The position numbers and the translations under genes were made by a program. From Thermoactinomyces vulgaris (GTDB lineage: Bacteria > Bacillota > Bacilli > Thermoactinomycetales > Thermoactinomycetaceae), in the NCBI RefSeq assembly GCF_003688725.1, contig NZ_REFP01000007.1:64291-88290 (forward strand): a stretch of 24,000 nucleotides of DNA. Reading direction: 5' to 3'. Positions 8,641 to 16,111 of the stretch are shown here, one piece after another (position 1 is the stretch's first letter; each line of letters begins with the position of its first letter). The notes beneath the pieces are model-generated. The model was not told where the DNA came from. It searched no databases and saw nothing but the letters and a program-made list of their open reading frames with translations.

Positions 8641-8691
8641 TGGATAAAGATTGAAACTATTCAATTGATAAAAGAAGGCAATCTTTATCCA
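8641..8691. repeat. Perfect 13-bp inverted repeat (25-bp spacer) in the carboxypeptidase upstream region
   Basis: TGGATAAAGATTG (8641-8653) and CAATCTTTATCCA (8679-8691) are exact reverse complements. The repeat lies 37-87 nt upstream of ATG 8604. Confidence 0.6.
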
Positions 8692-8752
8692 TATGAATAA
8701 TTCTATGTAAAAATATCAAAACCTTCTGAAATTCTTTTTTCTTGCATACTAA

Positions 8753-8818
8753 AAGGCAGGTGCTTTTGGTTTGGTCCTGTTGTTGTTTCACAGAGGATTA
8801 ACCAAAGGCACCTGCCTT
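8753..8818 (-). terminator. Probable mgtE terminator (long-stem hairpin)
   Basis: AAGGCAGGTGCTTTTGG (8753-8769) pairs with CCAAAGGCACCTGCCTT (8802-8818). This is a 17-bp stem with one mismatch and a 32-nt loop, and the loop can itself partly pair. On the minus strand it is followed by a short TTTTAG. It lies about 60 nt after the mgtE stop. The U-tract is weak. Confidence 0.5.
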
Positions 8819-8879
8819 CATCTCCTGATCAGAACTTTGATCGGTACTCAAAGTTTCATCAACCTCGATTCATCAGATT

Positions 8880-10232
8880 TTAAAGTTCCAATATCATTTT
8901 GGCAATCGTCATGTAAATGATCAATCCGGTTCCATCCACCAAGGTGCTGATCAATGGTCCGGAAACGACCGCCGGGTCTGCTTTCAGCCGGCTCAGGATC
9001 AGCGGCAATGCTGCGGAAACCACGGACGACCAGATGACAATAAACATCGCAGCCAACGCGACCACATAAGCCACGTCAAAGGTGACGCCCATGATCCAAG
9101 CCCGGATAAAGCCGATCAGTCCCAGCGACATGCCGAGAAACATTCCGGTGAGGAGTTCTTTTTTGATGACACGGAACAAATCTTGAAACTTGACTTCCCC
9201 GACACCGAGGGCCCGGATCAGTGTGGTGACAATTTGCGAACCGGTGTTTCCGCCTGTCCCGATTAACAAAGGGATAAAAAAGGATAGGGCAACCACTTGA
9301 TCCAGCGTGCTCTGGTAACTTTCCAAAACTGTTGCGGTATAAGCACCTCCGACAAACAAAATGAAGAGCCAGACAATCCGTTTCCGGTATAAACTCCAGA
9401 TGGAGGTTTTGAAGTAAGGTTCGGTCAACGGTTGGCTTCCTCCGATTTTTTGGATGTCTTCGGTTGCTTCTTCCTGAATGACCTCGACCACATCATCGTA
9501 GGTGACGATTCCGATCAACCGGTGTTGCCGGTCCACGACGGGTACGGCATAAAAACCGTAACGGGACAAAACCGATGCGACCTCTTCCTGTCCGGTTTCG
9601 GCCGGAACGGAAATGATATCGGTTTTGGCGATGTCGGAAAGCGGGGTTTTCGGATCGGCCAAAATGATTTCTTTGAGTGAAGCCACGCCAAAAAGTTTGC
9701 CACGTTGGTCGGTGACATAGATGTAGGAGACAATCTCCGCTTCATAACCCACTTTCCGGATGTGCCGGATGGTTTGTTCCCCCGTCCAATAGGCCCGGGC
9801 CGATACATAATCCACTGTCATCAAGCCGCCGGCCGTATCCTCCGGATAAGTCATTAGCTGTTTGATCTTTTTCCGGTAATCCGCCGGGAGCAGCCGTTGC
9901 AACTTTTCGGCTTGCAGCGGGTGGATGGCGAGCAGGAGGTCCACCACCATGTCACTGGACATTTGCTTGATCAATAACGAGGTGACCGTTTCGTCCATGC
10001 GGCTCAGCAACTCATAGGTTCTTTCCGGCTCGAGATATTCCAAAACTTCCGCGGCATGAGCCAAAGATAAATGGGTGATGAGTTCCCGTTGGAGATCCAC
10101 ATCCAAATCTCGGAAAATCTCGGCCAAATCGTATGGTTGCATTTGGCGCAAAAGCTCCAACAAGCGCGTTTCTTTTTTTTCGGAGCAGAACAGGTTTTGC
10201 AACTCTTCCTTGACGAAAGCTGCTTGACTCAT
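8880..10232 (-). CDS. mgtE: Magnesium transporter MgtE
   Basis: 450 aa with the MgtE architecture: N-terminal helical domain, tandem CBS region (DIISVPAETGQEEVASVLSRYGFYAVPVVDRQHRLIGIVTYDDVVEVI), and a C-terminal 5-TM domain with FIPLLIGTGGNTGSQ and ISTLVDGTGLIIY motifs. It is preceded by an M-box riboswitch. Confidence 0.95.
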   Translation of the reverse strand: MSQAAFVKEELQNLFCSEKKETRLLELLRQMQPYDLAEIFRDLDVDLQRELITHLSLAHAAEVLEYLEPERTYELLSRMDETVTSLLIKQMSSDMVVDLLLAIHPLQAEKLQRLLPADYRKKIKQLMTYPEDTAGGLMTVDYVSARAYWTGEQTIRHIRKVGYEAEIVSYIYVTDQRGKLFGVASLKEIILADPKTPLSDIAKTDIISVPAETGQEEVASVLSRYGFYAVPVVDRQHRLIGIVTYDDVVEVIQEEATEDIQKIGGSQPLTEPYFKTSIWSLYRKRIVWLFILFVGGAYTATVLESYQSTLDQVVALSFFIPLLIGTGGNTGSQIVTTLIRALGVGEVKFQDLFRVIKKELLTGMFLGMSLGLIGFIRAWIMGVTFDVAYVVALAAMFIVIWSSVVSAALPLILSRLKADPAVVSGPLISTLVDGTGLIIYMTIAKMILEL

Positions 10233-10250
10233 CTCGTTTCCCCCCTTTTA

Positions 10251-10482
10251 TAAAATAAAAAACTCCCACTGACGATGAGAGCGGGAGACAGAGCAAAACA
10301 AGCCCATTGAAGCATGAGCCGGCCTTTATCTCCCTCATCGAGCTTTGGCACTGCACGGCATAGGTTGTAACAACCAGCTACATTAGAAAAGACCTTCGTT
10401 CCGATCTTTTCTGCTGACCCATTGGCGTCTCTCGACATTTTTGGGCAGTAGCGTATCTCCGAACAGGAACCTCACCTAACAG
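10251..10482 (-). promoter_or_regulatory. M-box (ykoK-type) Mg2+ riboswitch with intrinsic terminator, in the mgtE leader
   Basis: The minus strand reads GTTAGGTGAGGTTCCTGTTCGGAGATACGCTACTGCCCAAAAATGTCGAGAGACGCCAATGGGTCAGCAGAAAAGATCGGAACGAAGGTCTTTTCTAATGTAGCTGGTTGTTACAACCTATGCCGTGCAGTGCCAAAGCTCGATGAGGGAG. This is nearly collinear with the B. subtilis mgtE M-box as I remember it (GUUAGGUGAGGCUCCUGUAUGGAGAUACGCUGCUGCCCAAAAAUGUC...GACGCUAAUGGGUCA...). The expression platform is CTCCCGC-tctcatcgtca-GTGGGAG followed by TTTTTATTTT (10251-10287). Then come the SD AAAAGGGGGGA and ATG 10232. Confidence 0.9.
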
Positions 10483-10521
10483 AGATAAAACCATGACAAT
10501 ATAAGGTTTTGAACGTTGTCA

Positions 10522-10551
10522 AGTATAACGCTTGGCAGAAAGGGTTGTCAA
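10522..10551 (-). promoter_or_regulatory. Candidate sigma-A promoter for the M-box/mgtE transcript
   Basis: The minus strand reads TTGACA (10551->10546), a 17-18 nt spacer, then TTATACT (10528->10522). It lies about 40 nt upstream of the first conserved M-box nucleotides. Confidence 0.55.
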
Positions 10552-10642
10552 TTGATCTTGTGTTGAAATTTCTTAAAGGACATATTGTCATTATATTTTA
10601 TTAAACAAGGGCGGGGAGGGTGCCATCCTGCAACCGGAAAGA

Positions 10643-10671
10643 TTGAATTTTTACGGAAAATTTAGTAAAAT
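10643..10671 (+). promoter_or_regulatory. Candidate promoter upstream of spoVR (sigma-A-like hexamers)
   Basis: TTGAAT (10643-10648), 17 nt, TAAAAT (10666-10671), about 110 nt upstream of ATG 10783. Caveat: spoVR is sigma-E dependent in B. subtilis, and I could not find a convincing sigma-E motif. This call may not be the physiological promoter. Confidence 0.3.
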
Positions 10672-10782
10672 ATACTTATATATTAATATAAATTTCGTTC
10701 TTCCATGAAAGCAGTCGTTCCAGTTCTATGTGGGTCTGAATCAGATATAGAAAGGAATTCCTTTTCGGGAAGGAGATGCGAG

Positions 10783-12186
10783 ATGAGTGTGGACCACAAG
10801 GCGTTGGAACGGGCGATTGCCGAAATCACAGAGATAGCCAAGGGTTTCGGGCTTGATTTTTATCCGATGAGATACGAAATTTGTCCGGCAGACATTATAT
10901 ATACTTTTGGTGCCTATGGCATGCCGACGCGGTTTTCACATTGGAGCTTCGGCAAAGCTTTTCACAAAATGAAACTGCAATACGATTTAAATTTAAGCAA
11001 AATTTATGAATTGGTCATTAACTCTAATCCTTGCTATGCTTTTTTGCTCAAGGGAAACAGCTTGACGCAAAACAAAATGATCGTGGCTCATGTCCTGGCG
11101 CATTGCGACTTTTTTAAGAACAACGTCCGTTTTTCGGCAACTTCCAGAGACATGGTGGAGACAATGGCCGCCAGCGCGGAGCGGATCCGCCAATATGAAA
11201 TGAAGTACGGGAAAGAAGTGGTGGAGGAATTTTTGGATCATGCCCTCGCCATTCAAGAGCACATCAATCCGAGCCTGTTGGATTTAAAAGCCAACCGGAA
11301 GAAAGCGAATCCGTCAACCCCTTCCAAACCTTCCACTCCTTATGATGACTTGTGGGAATTGGATCAACCGGAAAAACACCCGAAGCCTTCTCCAAAAAAG
11401 AAACAATTCCCTGAACAGCCGGAAAAAGATTTGGTTCTGTTTTTGATGAAACACAGCCGGGTGCTGGAAGATTGGCATCAGGACATTTTGACCATTTTGC
11501 GCAATGAGATGTTGTATTTCTGGCCGCAGCTGGAAACCAAAATCATGAATGAAGGTTGGGCCTCCTACTGGCACATCCGCATCATGCGCGAGTTGGATTT
11601 GAATGAAGAAGAGGCGATTGAATTTGCCGGTTTGAATGCCTCTGTCTTGCAACCTTCCAAAACATCCATCAATCCGTATTACCTGGGATTGAAGATGTTT
11701 GAAGACATTGAACGCCGGTGGGATCATCCAACCGAAAAAGAGCAGAGGGAGTTGGGGATGAAGCCCGGGCAAGGGCGGAAAAAAATCTTTGAAGTCCGTG
11801 AGTTGGATTCCGATATTTCCTTTTTGCGGAATTACCTGACCGAAGAGTTGGTGGAAAAACTGGATTTGTATGTATTCCAACGCAAAGGCGACGAGTGGAA
11901 AATCACGGACAAAAACTGGGAGTCGGTCCGGGATGAGCTGGTGATGAGCCGGATCAACGGGGGACATCCGTTCATTGTGGTGAAAGACGGGGATTATGCG
12001 GAAAACGGAGGGTTGTATTTGCTCCACCGGTATGAAGGCGTTGAGTTGGATACGAAATATCTGGAAAAAACGTTGCCGCATGTTTATGCATTATGGGGCC
12101 GCCCGGTCTATTTGGAGACAGTGATTGAAGAGAGAAAAGTGGTTTTTTGTTATAACGGGAAAAAATGCACACGGCGCTATTTGTGA
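10783..12186 (+). CDS. spoVR: Stage V sporulation protein R
   Basis: The N-terminus [83 protein letters not shown], and later [17 protein letters not shown], are highly characteristic of SpoVR. Preferred start is ATG 10783 (GGAAGGAG SD). The track's 10705 start adds 26 unsupported residues. Confidence 0.95.
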   Translation: MSVDHKALERAIAEITEIAKGFGLDFYPMRYEICPADIIYTFGAYGMPTRFSHWSFGKAFHKMKLQYDLNLSKIYELVINSNPCYAFLLKGNSLTQNKMIVAHVLAHCDFFKNNVRFSATSRDMVETMAASAERIRQYEMKYGKEVVEEFLDHALAIQEHINPSLLDLKANRKKANPSTPSKPSTPYDDLWELDQPEKHPKPSPKKKQFPEQPEKDLVLFLMKHSRVLEDWHQDILTILRNEMLYFWPQLETKIMNEGWASYWHIRIMRELDLNEEEAIEFAGLNASVLQPSKTSINPYYLGLKMFEDIERRWDHPTEKEQRELGMKPGQGRKKIFEVRELDSDISFLRNYLTEELVEKLDLYVFQRKGDEWKITDKNWESVRDELVMSRINGGHPFIVVKDGDYAENGGLYLLHRYEGVELDTKYLEKTLPHVYALWGRPVYLETVIEERKVVFCYNGKKCTRRYL

Positions 12187-12190
12187 AAAA

Positions 12191-12230
12191 ATGTCCGCTT
12201 CAATTCGGGGTTGAAGCGGACATTTTTGTT
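12191..12230. terminator. Bidirectional rho-independent terminator between spoVR and the convergent repeat-protein gene
   Basis: ATGTCCGCTTCAA-ttcgggg-TTGAAGCGGACAT is a 13-bp perfect stem, flanked by AAAAAA upstream and TTTTGTTT downstream. Confidence 0.85.
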
Positions 12231-15200
12231 TATTCACCGGAACGCGGCTCCTCCTGTTGAGCATCTTCTGTTCCGGCTTCCGATCCGGTTTCCGGCTCCT
12301 CTTTACCCCGGGTTTTCATTTCCTCTTTATCCGGCGTTTCCGTTTCTTCTTCTTCCAGCTGTTTTTCTTCCCCGGTTGTTTCGGTTTCCGCGATGTCCGT
12401 TGCAGAGGAAATGGTTAACGGGAGAAAGGGTTGGACCGGGTCATCCGTTAATGGGTTGTGGTTTTGTTCATCTTCTTCTTCCTGTTTCACCGTTTTTGGA
12501 TGATGGTCGGAATTGGCGTTTTCCGGTTTTTTCTCTTCGCTTGCGACATTGTCTGTGTCCGGAACCGGGATGGCGGCAGGAATGTCATCCACCGGGGTTT
12601 GTCGGGCGAACCAGTGAAGCAATCCTTCGATGGAGGTCGTGGATTCATGATTGCGGTCGATTTGGATGACAAAGTGGTCGGCGTGATTTTCTTTCAGTGT
12701 CACCAGGCATTCCGGATGATTGGTGATGGCCACGACGGCATAGGGCGATTTAATCGGAGTGGCCAACGGGATTTGAAACGTCCGTCCGGACATATTTTCT
12801 TCCAGTTGGAAGCGGGCAATGCCTGAAACCGTGGCAGGTTGTTCATCCGCAAGGAGCGGACGGAAATTCAATTTCTCCAAGCCGATGCTTTGATCAGCGA
12901 TTTTTTCGGTGGTCACTGCTTGGTCCGTCAGATGTTCCGCAGAAATGGCGCCGGATTCAATGTGTGTTCCCTGGATTTGTTTTTTGGCGATGTGGCAGGA
13001 CAAAATCGCATCATCGTTGATATGGCGGGGGAAGATGGACTGGGATGCCAACTTGTCGGAATGAACGGCTTGATCTTGAAGCAGATCGGTTGAAATGGCT
13101 CCTTGCTCAATGTGCATTTCCTGGATTTGCCGTTGGGCAATGTGCCAGGAGCGCACGGAATCATCTGCGATATGGCGCGGCAAGATGGAATGCGAAGCCA
13201 GTTTGCCGGCATCGACCGCGTCATCTTGAAGATGGGCTTTGGTGATGGCTTCTTCTTGGATGTGCCGGCCGGAGACGGCCGTATCTTCAATATGGTGGCC
13301 TTGGATTTGCTCTTTTTCAATGTGCCGGGACAAAACGGCACCGGCTGAAATGTGCGGGGACAAGATTGCATTTTGGGCCAGATGGCGGGCCGCGATGGCT
13401 TCATCCTGGATGTGTCCGGATGCCACGGATTGTTCCGCGATATGCTTCGACTCGATTTGCTTTTCCTGAATATGCCCGGATTGAATGGCCTCTTCTTGGA
13501 TGTGCCGGCCGGAGACGGCTGTATCTTCAATATGGTGGCCTTGGATCTGTTCTTTTCTGATATGACGTGACAAAACGGCACCGGCTGAGATGTGCAATGA
13601 CCCGACAGCTTCCTCGTTCAGATGATGTTCGCAAATCGAGTTTTCATCCAGGTGTCCGCTTTGGATCTGTTGTTCCCCGATGTGGTGAGACAAAACGGAT
13701 GCGGCGGACAGATGCCGGGACGATATGGAGTCGGATGTCAAATGCCGGGAAGAAACCGTTTCATCACAGAGCAGCTCCCCGGAAATGGATTGTTCCTGAA
13801 TGTGCCGGGCGCTGATTTGCTTATCCTGAATATGCTCGGCGTTGACGGCTTTATCTTGAATATGACGGGATTTGATCTGGTGATTGGCGATTTTTTCGCT
13901 GACGATGGCATGGTCTTTTAAATGGTCCGTGTGAATTTCGCCGTGTTTCAGATGTTTTGCGTTGATTGCCCCGTCCTCAATGTGATTTTCGCCGATGGAT
14001 TGGTCTTGCAGATGGTGGCTTTGGATCTGCTTTTCCCCGATATGCCGGGATAATACGGCTTCAGCGTCAAGATGTCGGGATTCGACCGATTTTTCTCCAA
14101 GGTTGCGGGCATGGATCGCTTCATTTTGGATCAGTTCGTTGGAAATGGACTGGTCTTTGATGTGCTCCGGACCAATTTGTTTTTCCCGGATGTGGCGGGA
14201 GGTGACGGATTCGCTGTGGAGATGGCGGGAATCGATTTCGCCTTCTCCGATTTTTTCTGCGGTCACTGCTTGATCTTTCAAATGCCGTGTGTGAATTTGC
14301 CCGTTTTTGATGTGATGGTCCTCAATGGACTGATCCGCAATATGTTGGTTTTCGATGACGGAGTGGTCCAGTTTTTCTTTGGTGATGGCTCCGTCGACGA
14401 TGTGGGTGGACTGGACGGAAAAAGGTGCGATGTGATGGCCGCTGATGGTGGCGGATCCGATGTGTTTTCCCTGAATGCTTTCATTGGCCAGTTTATCCCC
14501 GTAGACGGATTCGTCCGCCAGATGTTTGTGTTGGATTTGCCCCCGGTCAATGTGTCTGGACTGGATGATCTGTTCTCCCAGATGTTCCCGCAAAATGGTG
14601 TGGTGTCCGATTTTTTCGGACGTGACGCATCCGTTGGCCAGTTTGTTCGAAGTGATGGCAAAGTCGTTGATTTTGTCGGTGGATACCGATTCCGGAGCCA
14701 GTTTGGAAGTGGAAATCGAATGGTCGATCAACTTGGAACCGGAAATGGAATGATTGGCCAAATGTTGCTCATTGATGCTTGCTTCCTGGATGTGGCGTTT
14801 GTTGATGCTGTTTTCTTGCAGGTGTTCTTCGCCGATGATTTTCCTGTTCAGATGTTTTTCCTGAATGGCGCCTTCGGCAATGGCTTCGGCATGGACACTG
14901 TTTGGGGCGATGTGTTGTTCTTTGACGGAATCCGGGGTCAAATGTTCATGGGTGATGATGCCCGGCTGCAAATGATCTTTGTGAATGGATTGATTTCGGA
15001 TTTGTTGTCCGGTGATGGATTGATGGGTGATTTTTTCCCCCGGGATGGATTGTTCCCCGAAATGGTGGGGGCTGATGGCTTTTTCCTGAATGTGGGAACC
15101 TTGAATGGAGCCGGGTTGAATGTGTTGGGATTCGATGGATTGAGATGCGATTTTGTCGCTGGTGACAGCGCCGTTTTGCAATTTGCTTTCGGAGACGGAT

Positions 15201-15901
15201 TCATCGGCCAGTTTTGCTTGGTTCACGACTTCGTTTTCCAAATGAATGGTGCGGATGGAACCGCTTTTTAATTTTTCGCCGCTGATGGACTGATCGGCCA
15301 AATGCTCATTTAAAATATGGCCCAGTGACAAATGTTTGCTTTGGATCGAGCGTTCTTTGAGTTTGCTTTCATTGATGCTGCCGTCTGATAATTTGCTGCC
15401 GGGAATTTCATTGTCTTTAATGTGTTTGGCTTGAATGGAATCTTTTTTGATGTGGCTTCCTTCAATGGAATCATGATCCAGATGGAAGGAGCGGACTGCA
15501 TTTTTGGCAATTTTTTGTGAGGTGACGGCTTCATTTTTCAATTTGGATTCGGTTACGGCCGCCTGTTCAAGGTGATCGGTGCCAATGCTGTCCGGTTTGA
15601 TCTTTTTCCCGCTGATCGACTGGTTGGCGATTTTTTCCTCCGTGACGGCGGCGTCGGCGATGTCATTGGTGTAAATCGGCGAATGGCTTTGCCGGGTCTG
15701 GGTGGATGAAGTTTTTAAAGGTTTGGATAAATCGGACAGTTCCGCGGTGTTTTCCATGTCTTCCAACAGACCGGTTTTGTTCCGTTTCTTTTTCAATTCT
15801 GCTTGCTCCAATTGAATGAGTTCCTCCAAAATTCGTTCATCGGCCATGTAAGGAGAGGGACGTTCCCTTTTTTTGGCTGAATGAGACTTTCTCTTCTTCA
15901 A
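12230..15901 (-). CDS. Large (1,223 aa) decapeptide-repeat, histidine-rich protein of unknown function. It has a basic/coiled N-terminus, about 93 tandem 10-residue units, a non-repeat C-terminal module and an acidic tail
   Basis: A single uninterrupted ORF. TTG start at 15901 sits 8 nt after a strong GAAAGGAG SD. Internal diverged duplications differ mainly at synonymous positions, which supports real translation. No signal peptide. It ends at the bidirectional terminator. Confidence 0.85.
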   Translation of the reverse strand: MKKRKSHSAKKRERPSPYMADERILEELIQLEQAELKKKRNKTGLLEDMENTAELSDLSKPLKTSSTQTRQSHSPIYTNDIADAAVTEEKIANQSISGKKIKPDSIGTDHLEQAAVTESKLKNEAVTSQKIAKNAVRSFHLDHDSIEGSHIKKDSIQAKHIKDNEIPGSKLSDGSINESKLKERSIQSKHLSLGHILNEHLADQSISGEKLKSGSIRTIHLENEVVNQAKLADESVSESKLQNGAVTSDKIASQSIESQHIQPGSIQGSHIQEKAISPHHFGEQSIPGEKITHQSITGQQIRNQSIHKDHLQPGIITHEHLTPDSVKEQHIAPNSVHAEAIAEGAIQEKHLNRKIIGEEHLQENSINKRHIQEASINEQHLANHSISGSKLIDHSISTSKLAPESVSTDKINDFAITSNKLANGCVTSEKIGHHTILREHLGEQIIQSRHIDRGQIQHKHLADESVYGDKLANESIQGKHIGSATISGHHIAPFSVQSTHIVDGAITKEKLDHSVIENQHIADQSIEDHHIKNGQIHTRHLKDQAVTAEKIGEGEIDSRHLHSESVTSRHIREKQIGPEHIKDQSISNELIQNEAIHARNLGEKSVESRHLDAEAVLSRHIGEKQIQSHHLQDQSIGENHIEDGAINAKHLKHGEIHTDHLKDHAIVSEKIANHQIKSRHIQDKAVNAEHIQDKQISARHIQEQSISGELLCDETVSSRHLTSDSISSRHLSAASVLSHHIGEQQIQSGHLDENSICEHHLNEEAVGSLHISAGAVLSRHIRKEQIQGHHIEDTAVSGRHIQEEAIQSGHIQEKQIESKHIAEQSVASGHIQDEAIAARHLAQNAILSPHISAGAVLSRHIEKEQIQGHHIEDTAVSGRHIQEEAITKAHLQDDAVDAGKLASHSILPRHIADDSVRSWHIAQRQIQEMHIEQGAISTDLLQDQAVHSDKLASQSIFPRHINDDAILSCHIAKKQIQGTHIESGAISAEHLTDQAVTTEKIADQSIGLEKLNFRPLLADEQPATVSGIARFQLEENMSGRTFQIPLATPIKSPYAVVAITNHPECLVTLKENHADHFVIQIDRNHESTTSIEGLLHWFARQTPVDDIPAAIPVPDTDNVASEEKKPENANSDHHPKTVKQEEEDEQNHNPLTDDPVQPFLPLTISSATDIAETETTGEEKQLEEEETETPDKEEMKTRGKEEPETGSEAGTEDAQQEEPRSGE
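12863..15670 (-). repeat. In-frame 30-bp (decapeptide) tandem repeat array, about 93 units, degenerate at the DNA level
   Basis: Residues ~78-1013 follow [S/A]-[I/V]-x-x-x-[H/K]-[I/L]-x-x-x without register breaks that I could see. Examples: SIEGSHIKKD SIQAKHIKDN, AVLSRHIGEK QIQSHHLQDQ. On the plus strand this shows as a recurring (g/a)atgtg every 30 nt. Confidence 0.9.
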
Positions 15902-16111
15902 AGGTCGTACTCCTTTCTATCGGGCATTTTCCACTCTCTTTTAGGTATATGCATCAAAATGAAAAATGGAAACATGTCAAATCAAAATCGCACAACGCCA
16001 GTATTCATCGGGTTTCCTAAGAATAACCATTTATTACATATTAAAGGAGCGTGGATTTATGTTAGTATGAACCTAGCTTTGGGAGCGGCAAAAATGGAAG
16101 AGGAGGATTTG

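Noticed and set aside
8605-8664. An upstream start (8664) for the carboxypeptidase
   Set aside because: It adds [20 protein letters not shown] ahead of a classic signal peptide and has no SD. ATG 8604 has GAAAGGAG at proper spacing.
10705-10782. An upstream start (10705) for spoVR
   Set aside because: It has no SD and the added 26 residues are unlike SpoVR N-termini. ATG 10783 follows GGAAGGAG.
11314-12081. A 255-aa minus-strand ORF inside spoVR
   Set aside because: It is antisense to a highly recognisable SpoVR sequence. Its composition is repetitive (F/Q/I/P rich) and it has no SD.
14072-15271. A 399-aa plus-strand ORF, and other long ORFs inside the repeat gene (12211-12669, 12458-12826, 12928-13581, 13103-13348, 14278-14661, 14938-15204, 15310-15534)
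   Set aside because: Long alternate-frame and antisense ORFs are expected where a periodic sequence lacks stop codons. They have no SD, have monotonous composition (G/F/D/V or P/S/K rich), and are fully contained in the well-supported 1,223-aa gene.
12863-15670. A strict 30-bp periodicity that could superficially suggest a CRISPR-like or satellite array
   Set aside because: There is no alternation of conserved repeats with unique spacers. The periodicity is in-frame within one 3.7-kb ORF with a good SD. The units are degenerate at the DNA level but conserved at the protein level. It is a coding decapeptide repeat.
15902-16111. A possible cyclic-di-AMP (ydaO-type) riboswitch upstream of the NlpC/P60 gene, a common association
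   Set aside because: I read both strands of the 210-bp intergenic region and found none of the conserved ydaO elements (no ACGGGG/CCGA-type pseudo-symmetric cores) and no leader terminator.
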